From NCBI GenBank assembly GCA_973895155.1, contig OZ316897.1:7678470-7742469 (forward strand): DNA of 64,000 bases, in the 5' to 3' direction. The first letter of the stretch is position 1; each line of letters starts with the position of its first letter. The stretch is from Marsupella aquatica (Eukaryota > Plantae > Marchantiophyta). Positions 13,401-25,200 of the stretch are shown piece after piece. A program made the position numbers and the translations under genes. The notes beneath the pieces are model-generated. The model saw only the letters and a program-made list of their open reading frames with translations, was not told the DNA's origin and ran no database searches.

Positions 13401-15184
13401 TGCAAGTGTCGATTCCGTGAATGAGTATGCCTATGAGGAGGAGGTAAGTCAATGTCCTCCCAGTCACCTGGGTCATGATCACCCCGGGGATCACCCTCAT
13501 CTGCATCCATGAATTGGTGCATCAACTCATCCATAGCCCGGTCCTCATCCACTCTTTCTTGGGTAGCATTAGGTAGTTCATGTGGAATGTCCATATCCTC
13601 AAAAGGTTGACCCCCTTGCCTACCATCCATGGCCTGAAGGAGATGTTGTCGCACAGCTCGTGATAATACCTCAATATCTGGCTGAACAAATGCATTCTAT
13701 CATACACAAAAGAAAACAATGAGAATGATATAAGTCCAGGTCTCTCAACCAACAATTGAGACATCCATATATGAATGAGTCAAAAGACTTCATAGCTCTT
13801 GAAACCAATTAGAGAATGACTCAAGTAATATTTTTATAAAAGTGAACATATACACATGTTTGTATGTGCTATGAAGGACGACACCGTATGGCCATCTTAG
13901 GCGCGTTCCAATCATAGTCACAAAAGAGTTCCTCACCAGCCCTAATAGTCCTAATGGCTACAGTCATAACATGGTCATCCATATGCTTCACATAGTAAGG
14001 TGGTGGCGGTGCCCCAAAAATCTGAACCCACTCTACATTTGGTTGAAGTCCTCGTCCTCTCCCTTTGGTACTATTGATATACCCAGCGATGTTATCACAT
14101 CACACAGGATCACCATCAATCATCCTACAATGCCAAGGCCTCTTGAGGACCTCATCCGGATCGGAATCCATTTGCAATGCATACACTCCCCATGATGGTT
14201 GTTGCCGTAAAATAATGTTCCAATTCTTGGCAGTGTATATAGGGCCAATATAAGGAAATAAGTGTTCCCCATCATAACCTCTTCGCCATGGCTTTGGATG
14301 GACCACAATGTCCTCCAAAGCAAATAACCCAAATCCTACATCAACACCAAGGGAAGATGACTGCACTATCCAATGACGGCCCCATATCTCTATAGGGGCA
14401 TTAGTGGGTATGCCTTGAGGGATTTTGAATATCTCAGACGAGAAGTCCTTCACAAGAGGCAACGCCTTTCCAGTGAGATATGACAATCCCAACCTACCCT
14501 CCACTACCACATAACCCTCACCTGGCTTCATCATAGGCGGACCTACCAAGTTTGGGTCTTGAGACTCACGAGTGCCCAATGGTTCATAATGTCTCCTATG
14601 CCTATGGGAGCATGGGCCGGTGCGTAAAACCCTAGATGGAGGTACCTCCAGGTCACCTTGCTCAATGTCCTCCACCCTTGCTACAGGTACACTCCCGCCC
14701 TCACCATTGGGGCACGGGGCAGGAGGAGGGGGTATAGATGTTGATGCAAGCATCCGTCTTGCACTAGCCAAGAATGTGTCTAGCCATAGCTCTTTAGAGA
14801 TCAATGGAGGAGGGGGCCTACGGGGCATCTATTCATTCAAAAAAAATCCAAAATTAATAAATATATGATGATAGTGGCCATGATTGTAAGTGGCAAATTA
14901 TGTTTCCTTCATTGAAATGTGTGGGATGAGAGTATGGGGTGCATACCTGGTGAGCTGAATGTCTTGGTAAATCAGGTTGGTGTTGCCCATAATTCTCAAT
15001 ATGCTCAATACACTCCCAAGCTTGACGAACCACCATTCCCTTACATCGCACACACCAACATGGAATGGGGCCTAGAGGAGGAGGAGGATGATGTGGCCTC
15101 CGAGGGGGGCGGGGGAGGAATGTCCCCCTCAGAAGATGACAAGTCCGAGTCAGAATCTGACTCGGAACTCCCAGAATTTGACAT
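10430..15184 (-). pseudogene. Spliced CACTA Tnp2/TnpD-type transposase
   Basis: Exon 15184-14947 (CWCVRC...EHI..YG, transposase-associated Zn finger). Exon 13681-12517 (IHACVNDC..F, CPVC..PRY, MRYFPLIPRL, LGLASDG, WPVVLTNYNIPPW, IDVYLQPL, HDLP). Exon 12384-10430 (ACPTC, LDPMHIEGN, LKTHDYH, FFDGQVHFLVHL, GPVHCRW.Y.ERF, EGSI, YG.IEEI, DPF). Lesions: TAG at 10706-10708, a donor GT>AT at 12516 and a frameshift in the C-run near 15110. Confidence 0.9.
13869..14828 (-). pseudogene. SET-domain (lysine methyltransferase fold) exon nested in the first coding intron of the transposase
   Basis: A 320-codon frame with one internal TGA (14102-14100). Motifs in SET order: GFGLFALEDI, FPYIG, YAL..D, IDGDP, NIAGYINS, PNVEW, VMTVAIRTIRAGEELFCDY. 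Acceptor AG lies immediately before 14828. Confidence 0.8.
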
Positions 15185-16238
15185 CTGCCCATCAATGTGA
15201 AAATTAATCACATGTCAAAAATCTTTCCCACTCATATTAAGTACCCTAAATACAATATGTCAAGATTGGAACCTAGTTTACACTAAGCGAATAATTAAAA
15301 ATAATGACTGTGCATCTTACCTAAATGATATCCACACTGAACAATGCCTACTAGGATCTTGGCCTTAGAATATATGCTAAGACAATATCCAAAATGTCTG
15401 CACAATTAAAGGAATACCATCAGAATTTATCTATACATATGTCCCCATAGAATCATATCCACTATATATTGTGGCCATCAATGAAAAAACTTTAGCCAAA
15501 TATATACTTAAAGTGCTCACCTCCAAATGATAAAGGGCGTATATCATACCTTTCGGATGCATGGCCTATCGCGATGCATAATGCATTGCAAAAATGGACC
15601 TACAAAAATACAAACAAAGAGAACGACCCAACCCTCTGCAAAAAAATACTGCACAATACACGCACATGAGGTTAACTTTGTTTGGCCCCCAAAATTAAAT
15701 CCACATACAAGGTGGACAAATTTGTCAAAACTTTTAATGTGAGTGGGTCAATGATCATACCGTTCAACCCCAAAAGTATGTTGTTGTAAGGGGGACGTTA
15801 CCGCACCTATAACCGGCTTTTATTCAAGAACCCCACCGCCCAAACAAAATCCGGCTACTCAACCAGGCCTACAATTACAATGCAAGTTTTCACATCAACT
15901 AAACTTACATTTCCTTACCACATCCTCAGCCCCCCCCCCATTGACTAACTTATTATAAATCCATCCTTAAAGGCATAAAAAATAATGGACAAGCTAAGTC
16001 CGATCATATTGGAAGAGGGGTCCGATACTTTAAGCATCGCTATTTCCGATCCCATTTTCGATAGTTCAAGTATCGGATGTTCCGATTCTTAAAAAGTCGG
16101 ATGGAGGGCACAATAGGGTTTGGTACTTTTCCCGACTAAAGTACAAATGTCTTTGTATCGGGCTTGGTTTCGGATGCAACGTGGGAGGAGCTGCTGAGTG
16201 AACACAAAGTGGAGGAGCACGCATTGGAGGTCGAGGCT

Positions 16239-19025
16239 ATGGAGGGGAATGGCACGGCTGGGGGGGAGGAGACGGAGCAGCCAGGGTGGGTGGAGATGGA
16301 GCAGGGCCGTCACAGCAGATCTCGGACATTATGGCAGAGATTTTCAAGAGGCAAGCAGGCCTATCTGCTGAAGCTGCGGCCATAGCAGCTCAATTGACCC
16401 AGGGCCTGATTGACGAATCCAGGCAATCTGCCATAAGTGAAGCAGAGAAGGCTTTCATGGAGAGGCTAGAGAAAGGAAAGGAGAAAAAAAGAAAGAGGAA
16501 GGAGGAGAGGAAAGGCAGGCCAGTGGAGGCCCTCTCACCACAAGAAAGAGAGAAGAGGCTTAGAAAGGAGGCTCGAGCTGCAGAGAGGGCAAGGATTGAG
16601 GAAGAGAGGCTACGAGCAGAGGAAAGGGCCAAACGGCCAAAATTGTTCATTAATAAGGGAGGAGCTCCGATGACAAAGAGCTACAATTTGTTCAGAAGTC
16701 AGCTAGGGCAGGAGTTGAGAGCAAATTTCAGCCCCTTAGATTACTGGGGGAAGAAGAAAGAAGAGGAGAAATTTCAAGCAAGGGAGCAAGTGAAGGAGCG
16801 ATTCTGTAATGGCTGCTTCCTGGATGATCGATGGCTGAATAAGAAGATCTCACGTTCACTTGCAAATAGACGTAATAATGTGAGAGAAAAGATGAGGAAG
16901 TACCTGGCAGATTGTAAGGAGGAGGCAGAGGTGATCAGGCAGAGAGATCCCCCGGATGAGATACCAACTGATGCCTGGTCTGCTTGGATTGATGCTGAGC
17001 TACAGGTTCGTGCTTGGCAAGCGAGACGTCACTGGCAGGCTGAGCTCGATGAGGCAGAGAAGAGGGTCCTTTCAGGACAGACTGTTGACATCCCCCTCTT
17101 GCAGCAAAACTTAATGGAATGGGAGGCCAAATTAGCACTACTTGGAGACCCTCCACTTTACATTCAAAATGCAATTGAGAGGGTGGAGAAGAGACCTGCA
17201 GTTACTCACCGAATGGGGCAGGGTGGAGCGCATCGTCTCAAAGCAGAGTTTGTAAGTCCTCTGCTCCCCTCCTCCTTGCTCGCCTCCTTGCTGAATTTTC
17301 ACCTTGAAATTGGGTCCTCCCTCTCCCTGATCACCTCAGGCACAACCTTGGCTATGCCTGCATAAGTCCTCCCAGACCTCCCCTCTTATCCCTGTGCATT
17401 TGTTATCGAGCCTGTATCGCAAGTTTTGATGTGTCCTTATTTTTTTCTGTTTCCGATTCTATTCTGATTGCTGAAGAGTCGGAAATGGAGTGGGACTCTC
17501 TCTTATGGGTTTTGGACGCAAGGCTTCCGATTATGGTCCGATTACCTGAGAATCGGACCCTGCATCGGACCTTAGGTTTTGGGGTTTAGGGTGGAGGGGT
17601 CCGATTAGGGAAGCATCGGAAAAATTCAAAATTTTGAATATTTGACTGTTTTAGGCCACGCTGGGGGGTTTGTTTTTTTTAAGGAGTGTCGGGCTTAGGT
17701 TGTCATTGCTTTTTGCGATAGTTAGGCCACGATAATAAGGGAGTATTTTATATAGGTAGAGTGGGTAGTGATACCCATGAGTTGAAAGGGATGTGGGGAT
17801 GTTAGGGAATTTTTCTAAGTAATGTGTGGGGCTAGGTAGGGATTATTATTCATTAAGTAATGTGGGGGATTTGGTAGGGATTAACTTTTAAAATAATGTA
17901 TTTCAAGTAATGGGGGGTTTCAATTTTATTCTCATTTGCCGGGGAGGGGTTAATTATTATCTTGAGTATGGTGCAGGAGCGAGAGCATGGACGCCCAATC
18001 TTGCCACCTGAGAGAGAGTTGGCTAAGAAATTTGGAACGCGGGCTCTGAAACTTCACATGCAGGACGAGTTGGGGTCGGTAAGTATATGCACAATTGAAA
18101 ACCATATTTCTAACCTTTGATGCAACATGGTTATAATCACTCCCTTGTAGGTCATTTTCAACACTAACACTTGGGTTCATGGTTGCTTACATGTATGTAG
18201 GAGTCAAATGAGGAGTCAGAGGGTTTGGACTCAGCCGAGGAGGGTTCGGGGGCCTCAGATTCAGAGTCTGAGGCTGAGGAGAGGAGTGTGGCACCCACCC
18301 CTGTTCGCTTGATTGGTGGCACATCCCGAGGGACTCGAGGTAGTCATTCTAGACGGAGGACTGATGGTGATGTAGGTGGCCGTAGAGCAGCAGGAGGTAG
18401 TGGGGGTGCTACAGCTGCTGGAGGTGGTGTTGGGACAAGTGGTAGTGGGCGCCGGGGCGGTTTTGATCGATCTGCAGGTGCTGGTGGGCGGGGTAGTACT
18501 GGGGCCCATAGTGGTTTTCATAGGCCCGGGTCTGGTGGGGGGGTTGGTAGTGGGCCCCATGGTGGTTCTCGCCGCCATTCAGGGGTTGTTGGCGGGAATG
18601 GTTCTCGCCATTCAGGGGCTAGTGGTGGAGGGGCTAGTGGGGGTGGGAGCACTGCTCGTGGTCATTCAGGGGCCAACAGGGTGAGTGGGACTGCAGTTGG
18701 TGGCATTGGTGATGGGACTCCATCTCACCAGTCAGGGGCTAGTGGAGGTGCAGGGTCTCACCACTCTGCAGCCCAAGGGGGTAGTGGAAGTGCATCATTT
18801 CATACTTGCTCCGATGCTGGGGGTGTTACAGTGCCTTCTCATGACTTAGAAGGTGATGTTGGTGACGTTGGTACCGCGATAGCTCCAAGCACCACAGCTG
18901 CAACTGCATCTCATGCTGTCATTGATAGGGTCCTAGGGTTAGTGCCAGATGCCACTACCCGACCAGAGAGTTATCGCCCTCGTGCCAAGAAGAGGAAGGG
19001 ACGACATGCACCAACATATGGATAG
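16239..19025 (+). CDS. CACTA second gene (TnpA/Ptta-like), 3 exons, Gly-rich C-terminus
   Basis: Exons ~16239-17251 (GTAAGT donor), 17977-18078 and 18201-19025 with phase-0 junctions. Lys/Glu/Arg-rich coiled coil, HRMGQGG motif and basic C-terminus KKRKGR. A frameshift sits in the G-run at ~16260. Confidence 0.7.
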
Positions 19026-19797
19026 GCCAGGTAGCTTAGCATAGGACCATTTGTAGGTAGGCCACGATACCATGCAGGTTGAGATGGATTATACACCTGT
19101 ACATGTAAAGGTTGTACTTTCCATGCTAGAGGAGGCCATCCTCTTTTGTATATATAATGGCAGGGGTTTCCCCCTTTTGAGTCTCACTACCATTCTTGCT
19201 ACCCATGCTCACTTCCATGCATCCCAACATTGTAACCCCCACACCCCCAAAATTAATAATCAGAAATTTTACCACTTCAAGTATCCGATACTCCTCCGAT
19301 CTTAAAAATATCCGAATGTCCGATTCTCCCAAACTCGGAATTTGCCATCCCCAGAGAATCGATCTTTCCGATACCCTTGGTTACGGTCTTTCCGATACTT
19401 CTAGTAACGGTATTTTTGATCTTTATAACAACGGTATGTTCGATACTTTTATTTACGGTCTTTGCGTAACCTTTTGATACGCAATATGCGATATTCAAAG
19501 TTACCCAAAGTCCGATTCTTTACGTATCGGAAGTGGATCGGAAGTGTATCGGCTCCCCTCTTCCATTTCCGATTTGCAGAACATCGGACGGCTGATTTTC
19601 CATTATTTTTGGGTACGCAAAGTGCGTTAAGTTTTGTATCGCAAAGTCCGATTCTCTTCCGATTGTCGTTATCCGATGGGTTGAGAGTCGGAATTTGCGA
19701 TACGTTTAGAGTCGGATGAGATGTTTTTCTTGGAAAAATTTTACAAAGGGATCCGAAGGTGTCCATATCGGAAATTGGCCTCATAATGTACTAGTGA

Positions 19798-21801
19798 ATG
19801 GAGGATTGTCAAACAACTTCAGAGGTACGAAGGTTTCTAGGAGGTTGTATCTTCTACAGAATATGGATACCACATTTTTCACATGTTTCACATCCATTAT
19901 ATGGCTTGCTTAAGAAGAATGTAAGATTTATATGGAAAAGTGAACATGTAGAAGCAATTCAGCACTTGAAAGAAGCTTTGTTAAGTCCACCTGTGCTTCG
20001 CCCATTGAAGTATGATGGTGTACATCCAATAGTTCTTACAATAGATGCGAATCCATATGGAGCAGGATGGGCATTGGGACAAGATGATGATGATGGGCAT
20101 AGAACAGCTGCTCGTTTTGGAGCAAAGATCTTTAACGAAAGACAACATAAGTATCCGCAGATAAAGAGAGAACTTTGGGGAGCAAAACTAGCACTTAGGC
20201 AAGAGAGAGATTACTTGATAGGAGCTAACATGATTCTAGAAACTGATTGCTTACCCTTACTTGGGATGATTATAAACTGTGATACTCCCGACATTGCTAT
20301 GCTTAGGTGGATAGTTTTTATCTGAATGTTTAATCCAGAACTGAAGCACATAACTGGAAAAGATAATCCAGTGGCTGATATGTTGTCAAGAGCTAGATAT
20401 AAATCAGGCAAGCATAGTATTGAGTGTTCACATGGTGAGATTGAGGGACAAATTAAGGAGTTGTTATTCTATGAAGATCTATATTCAGGAGAGTTGCTAG
20501 TTATAGGACGTTATTTGAGTACATTGGAGAGAGACACTAGATGGAGTGATGAAGAATTCAGCAAGATTCGAAAGAAGGCTTACAAGTTCTTGGTTCGAGA
20601 TGGATACTTATGGAGGCGTCCAAAGGCAAGGAGTCAAGTACCTCTGAGAGTGCTTGATACCGAGGGAGAGAAAGTTCAAGTATTACAAGAGGCACATGAT
20701 CTTGAAGCAGCAGGGCATCCTGGAGTTCAGGCTACATATGAAAAGTTAAGAAGATTCTACTGGTGGGCTGGAATGTATGTGGATGTTTGAGAATATGTTG
20801 GATCTTGTGAGATTTGCCAATACTACTCAGAGATTCAACATAGAGATGACTTGAACCCTACACATCCTCTATCTTTACATTTTCAATGGGGTATAGATAT
20901 CGTTCATATGCCACCAGGGATTAGAGGTGCAAAATATTTAGTGTTAGCTAGAGAAGACTTGTCTTCGTATGTGGAAGGGAGGGCATTATCTTCTAACAAG
21001 ACTGAAGCCGTATGCAGGTTTGTGTTAGAAGATATCATTGCTAGACATGGATGTTTTAGGCGCATGAGAGCTGACCGTGGAGAGTTAGATAGCAAAGAGG
21101 CAAAGGCATTCTTCAAGAAATTTCATATCCGCTTAAAGCTAACTACATCTTACAATCCAGAAGCAAACGGTAAGAGTGAGAGAGGTCATCCACCAATTGT
21201 TAATGCCTTAGTCAAATCATGCAAGGGAAAGGCATCAAGATGGCCAGACTTACTACCTTTAGCTCTATTAGCAGATAGAATGACTTGTAGTTCGGTGATA
21301 GGATATGCACCGGCAGAATTAGTGAGTGGGCATCTACCTTTAATGCCATTAGAGAAGAATGTTTTCAGTTGGAGGACAGTTGACTGGGAAGATCAGATAT
21401 CACATGAAGAGCTACTTGCAAGGAGGATGGAACATTTCCAAACAACTCCAGAAAAGATTGACATTGCAATGGAGAAAGTGAAGCAAGCACGAGAGAAGAA
21501 TAAGGTCAGATTTGATAAGACTCATCGATTGAGACCTATTCAAATCAAAGAAGGAGATTGGGTTCTTATTGCAGAAGGAGGGTTGGAGCAACAACATTCG
21601 ACAAAAGCTAAGTTTATGAGAAGATGGAGAGGGCCATTTATGGTTGTTACTATTCACCCAAATGCAACATACACAGTTCGAGAGTTAGATGGAGCAATTC
21701 ATCAAGTTCCTTATGCAGGCAAGAGGGTTAAGCTTTTCAAACAACGTTTGAAATTTCATTTACAAGATGTGTATGATTTGAGTGATGTAGAGGACTTTTG
21801 A
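19798..21801 (+). pseudogene. Gypsy RNase H and integrase, 3' part of pol
   Basis: EVRRFLG, LTIDANPYGAG, ETDCLPL, HDL..GHPG...CEICQ, WGIDIV, RADRGE, YNPEANGKSERGH, RWRGPF (GPY/F). In-frame TGAs at 20323-20325 and 20788-20790. Confidence 0.92.
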
Positions 21802-21858
21802 AGTTGGGTCATAAGGTTGGTGCAGACCGGAGGCTGCACAGGTTTAGTGGGGGTGATA

Positions 21859-22278
21859 TGTCGTGGGGATTCCCTTTAGAAGGCTAGAATCTATATTGTA
21901 TTATTTGAGTTTATGTGAAGAGGGTTTTACTTAAAAGCTTCATAGTAGTACTATTAGAGCATATATGTTATATTCTATATGTAGTGTGTACATTCTACAA
22001 TGGTACACAGTAGTTCTACCATTTACGCATAAAAGTTTTACAAACTAGATGCATAGTAATTCAACCAACTACGCATAGTAGTTGCACCAACTACGCATAG
22101 TAGTTGCACCAACTACGCATAGTAGTTTCACCAACTACGCATAGTAGTTGCACCAATTACGCATAGTAGTTCCACCAATTATGCGTAATAATTCCACCAA
22201 CTACGCACAGTAGTTCCACCAACTATGAATAGTACTAGCACACTTATAGGTGCTTGATGCTTGCCACTTGGCTTCCAT
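21859..22278 (+). repeat. Gypsy 3' LTR, truncated
   Basis: Matches the 5' LTR up to gcttccat, then switches abruptly to MULE sequence. No terminal CA or TSD. Confidence 0.9.
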
Positions 22279-22279
22279 C

Positions 22280-25200
22280 CTAGCAGGTGCAAGTCTTCTT
22301 TGGTGACAGGGTTATCAAGTACTCCTCGCTCCCTGATGTTGTTTGTATCTTGGCTGTAAAGTTGTCATCATCAAAGACCTGTGAAAAATGAAGAACTTCC
22401 AATGAGGAGTGACATTTATAACATGGTAGATATACAATGAGTAAAAGTAAGGCAGAAGAAGTCATTACCTGCCACTGACCAAATGTCTTCAGGTTCTTGC
22501 TATACGTAACAAGAGCTGGAATTGTCAATACTTCCTGTCGAGCATATGCTGCAATTCTCCTGTCCTTGAATTTTTGTTGAACATAAACCCATAAGCGCTC
22601 CAACAACTTCAAAGGAGTATAGTGACGTAGAGGAAGTAATCCTGAGTTTGCTTGCTCAACAGCCCGATTACTTGTAACCTTTGCCATCCGAGGGAGGGGG
22701 AATGCATGGCGTGGTTACTGTTTTACATCTTGGTCCCTAATATACTTGGTTGCTTCAACAGACTTATCTGCCTTCACAGACTCTGCCAATTGCTTCAAAC
22801 AAGCTTCATACCTGACACAGTTAAACACTTGGCATGACCATCACCAAACATACTCCATGTCCACACCAAAGAGAATAAGCACACATGAAAACAAGAGGAA
22901 GCCAATGATGTGCAATGTTGATATTCTTACTGGTTCTTGTCATTAGCATAAACGCAACCAGTAAATATGTCGACAGCTGCTTTGCCAAATCTTGTCTTCA
23001 CATTGGCCCTCATTTGATTGGCACATGCTGCATGGATTTTACATGAATGGCCATGTGTATGGAATGAGCATACAGACAGTGTCTTGTGCATGAAAATATT
23101 TAGAAATTCAAACTTTGAGGCATAAGGTACTACTGAATGTTGTTACCTGGCCAAACCTCTCGAACTGCAGCTTGCAAACCTTTCTTGCAATCTAAAATGA
23201 CAGGCATGAGTGCTGATTCAATTCCATAGAGCAATCTATCAAGTAGTTCAAGGAACCAGATCCAATTGGCATTGTTTTCAACCGGTGCAATTCCATAACA
23301 GAGTATGACCCCTTGTGCATTACCATCCAGGCAAGTTGCTAGGAAAAGTTGTGTAGGATACTTCCTGTACTTTGTGTGACATGCATCCAAGCTTACAAGT
23401 GGCTGAACATATTGTAGAGCTTCCCTTGTAGCAGATGGGCAGATGAATGCTCTGTAGAAAGTGGAGTCATGCATAGTGGACCACTCTGCAACACAACGTG
23501 GGTCAACTTCCCTAACCTTGGTGATGAATGATGGAATCAAGAAAAATGTCTTTGCCTGTCCACCTAGGTGGATATCTCTAACATAATCCTTTGCCCGCCA
23601 CATCTGATGATAATTGGTATTTTTTTTGTAGTCTCCTTGAAATCCAGATAACAACTCTTTACCTACTGGAACCTTTAGATGTCTCCATACTCGGGGAGCT
23701 AGTGTGTCACCCAACCAAACTGATTTCTGTGTAGGCCCTCTCCACTTGTGCTTGGATGTTGGACAGTTATGGTGCAAGTCACATACTGTAATAATATGAG
23801 CCCCAGTTTGTGATTCCCGATGACAACGGACTCTAAAAGGACAATACAATTCACCATGTGGATCATCATCATCATGCAAGGGTGGTGGCCTGAACGTGAA
23901 TAACTCCCCGCAAGCACCAGTTGCAGATTTTTTCTTAACTCTTACCCCTTCTTTCTGGTGGTTTAGTGCATGAGACCCTGGCAACCAAACACTAGTGTGT
24001 TTGACTATTGTCTTCCCCTTCTTTTTGATGGGTTCTTGCACCTGTCTAACAATTGAGCCGTCCTACACAATATTGGTTTGAATACATGCAAGTGGTGCAC
24101 GTGATGGTCTTTCTAGATTTGACATGCGCAATATAGCCTGTTCAAAATCAATGTCGTCTATCTGCAAAACAAGATGTACAGAGATTTCAGCAACAACAAT
24201 GTGGATGTATGTGTAAAACATGTATAGTAATAGTTGAAGAAGACCCAATGCTAGAAAAAGTACTTATGGGATCCTGTGTGGCTATGGGTTTTACATATGA
24301 AGAATTCAGTATGGATGGATACTGTGCATTCTCTTTCCCTTGAGCATTGGAATGACGTGCTGCTATTCCTTTGTCTCGAAACCCATTGAACTCTCCATAG
24401 CAAGAATCAAAATGCCAATCCAGTTCATCTTCTGAACTTTCTTCAAATTCATCTGCATTGCTCTCTCCAGAATGTTCATCACTGGTTTGATCAGAATGTT
24501 CATCAGTGCATTCCATGGGGGAACCATTTGTTCCTTGATTGCCCCCAGGTACAGATGCTTTGCTCCATTTCTTTGATACCAATTTGCTAAATCTGCACAC
24601 TTGTTACAAAATTCTGAAACATTTGTAACCTGTATACCACACGACCATTCATGACAGCCCAAGAATCCAAACACCAGTCAAATTCATCAAAATCATTGAA
24701 ATGTTCGCCCTTTTGAATTTGAGCCGCCTCCGCTTTCACTGCGAACAATAGAAGACAGTATGAGTTATGTATTCTTGGAAAAGCAGCAAAGATCATGAAG
24801 AATGAAGAGATGGGCGTCATTCAAAGGCGATGCAGGGATGCAGGGACAAATTAAGAGGAAATGTGATTGAAAGGCGATGCAGGAGGATTAAGAGGAAAAT
24901 AACAAGAGCGAGCAACTGATAGTCACTTCAATAGTTTACACACCTTCTTGTGGGCTTTTTCCATCGAGTATCTTGGCCACATTATGAATAGCTGAGCGAG
25001 TGCGTCTTCTCCTTGGGCACGTTGTATCCCCTAGTGGTAGCTTGTCACATTCTGGAATATCCACTTCACACCGATCCCCTCTCCGCCAGAGATGCACAGT
25101 GCCATCGCCCTCTCCATCAACTGACATTCCTGAGCGTACGTCAAAACACACAGTGCCACCATGCAATGCTGACAAAACACACAAAGCTCTCTCGTAAAGC

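Larger units (their letters stand above)
9744..19796. mobile_element. CACTA/EnSpm DNA transposon (10,053 bp) with divergently oriented genes
   Basis: Termini CACTAGTA...TACTAGTG with imperfect TIRs. Dense TCCGAT/ATCGGA subterminal repeats at ~9765-10170 and ~19280-19775. Carries a Tnp2 transposase. Removing it rejoins Gypsy pol as KVEAISQ-MEDCQTTSEVRRFLG. Confidence 0.95.
4545..22278 (+). mobile_element. Ty3/Gypsy LTR retrotransposon (no chromodomain seen), interrupted by a CACTA element, 3' LTR truncated
   Basis: LTRs start at 4545 and 21859. PBS, gag-PR, RT, RNase H and integrase occur in Gypsy order. PPT agtgggggtgata at 21846-21858. Confidence 0.95.

Noticed and set aside
14919-15200. 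Acidic plus-strand 93-aa ORF
   Set aside because: Antisense shadow of the Pro/Ser-rich first transposase exon.
19126-19784. ORFs in the CACTA right end
   Set aside because: Translations of TCCGAT subterminal repeats.
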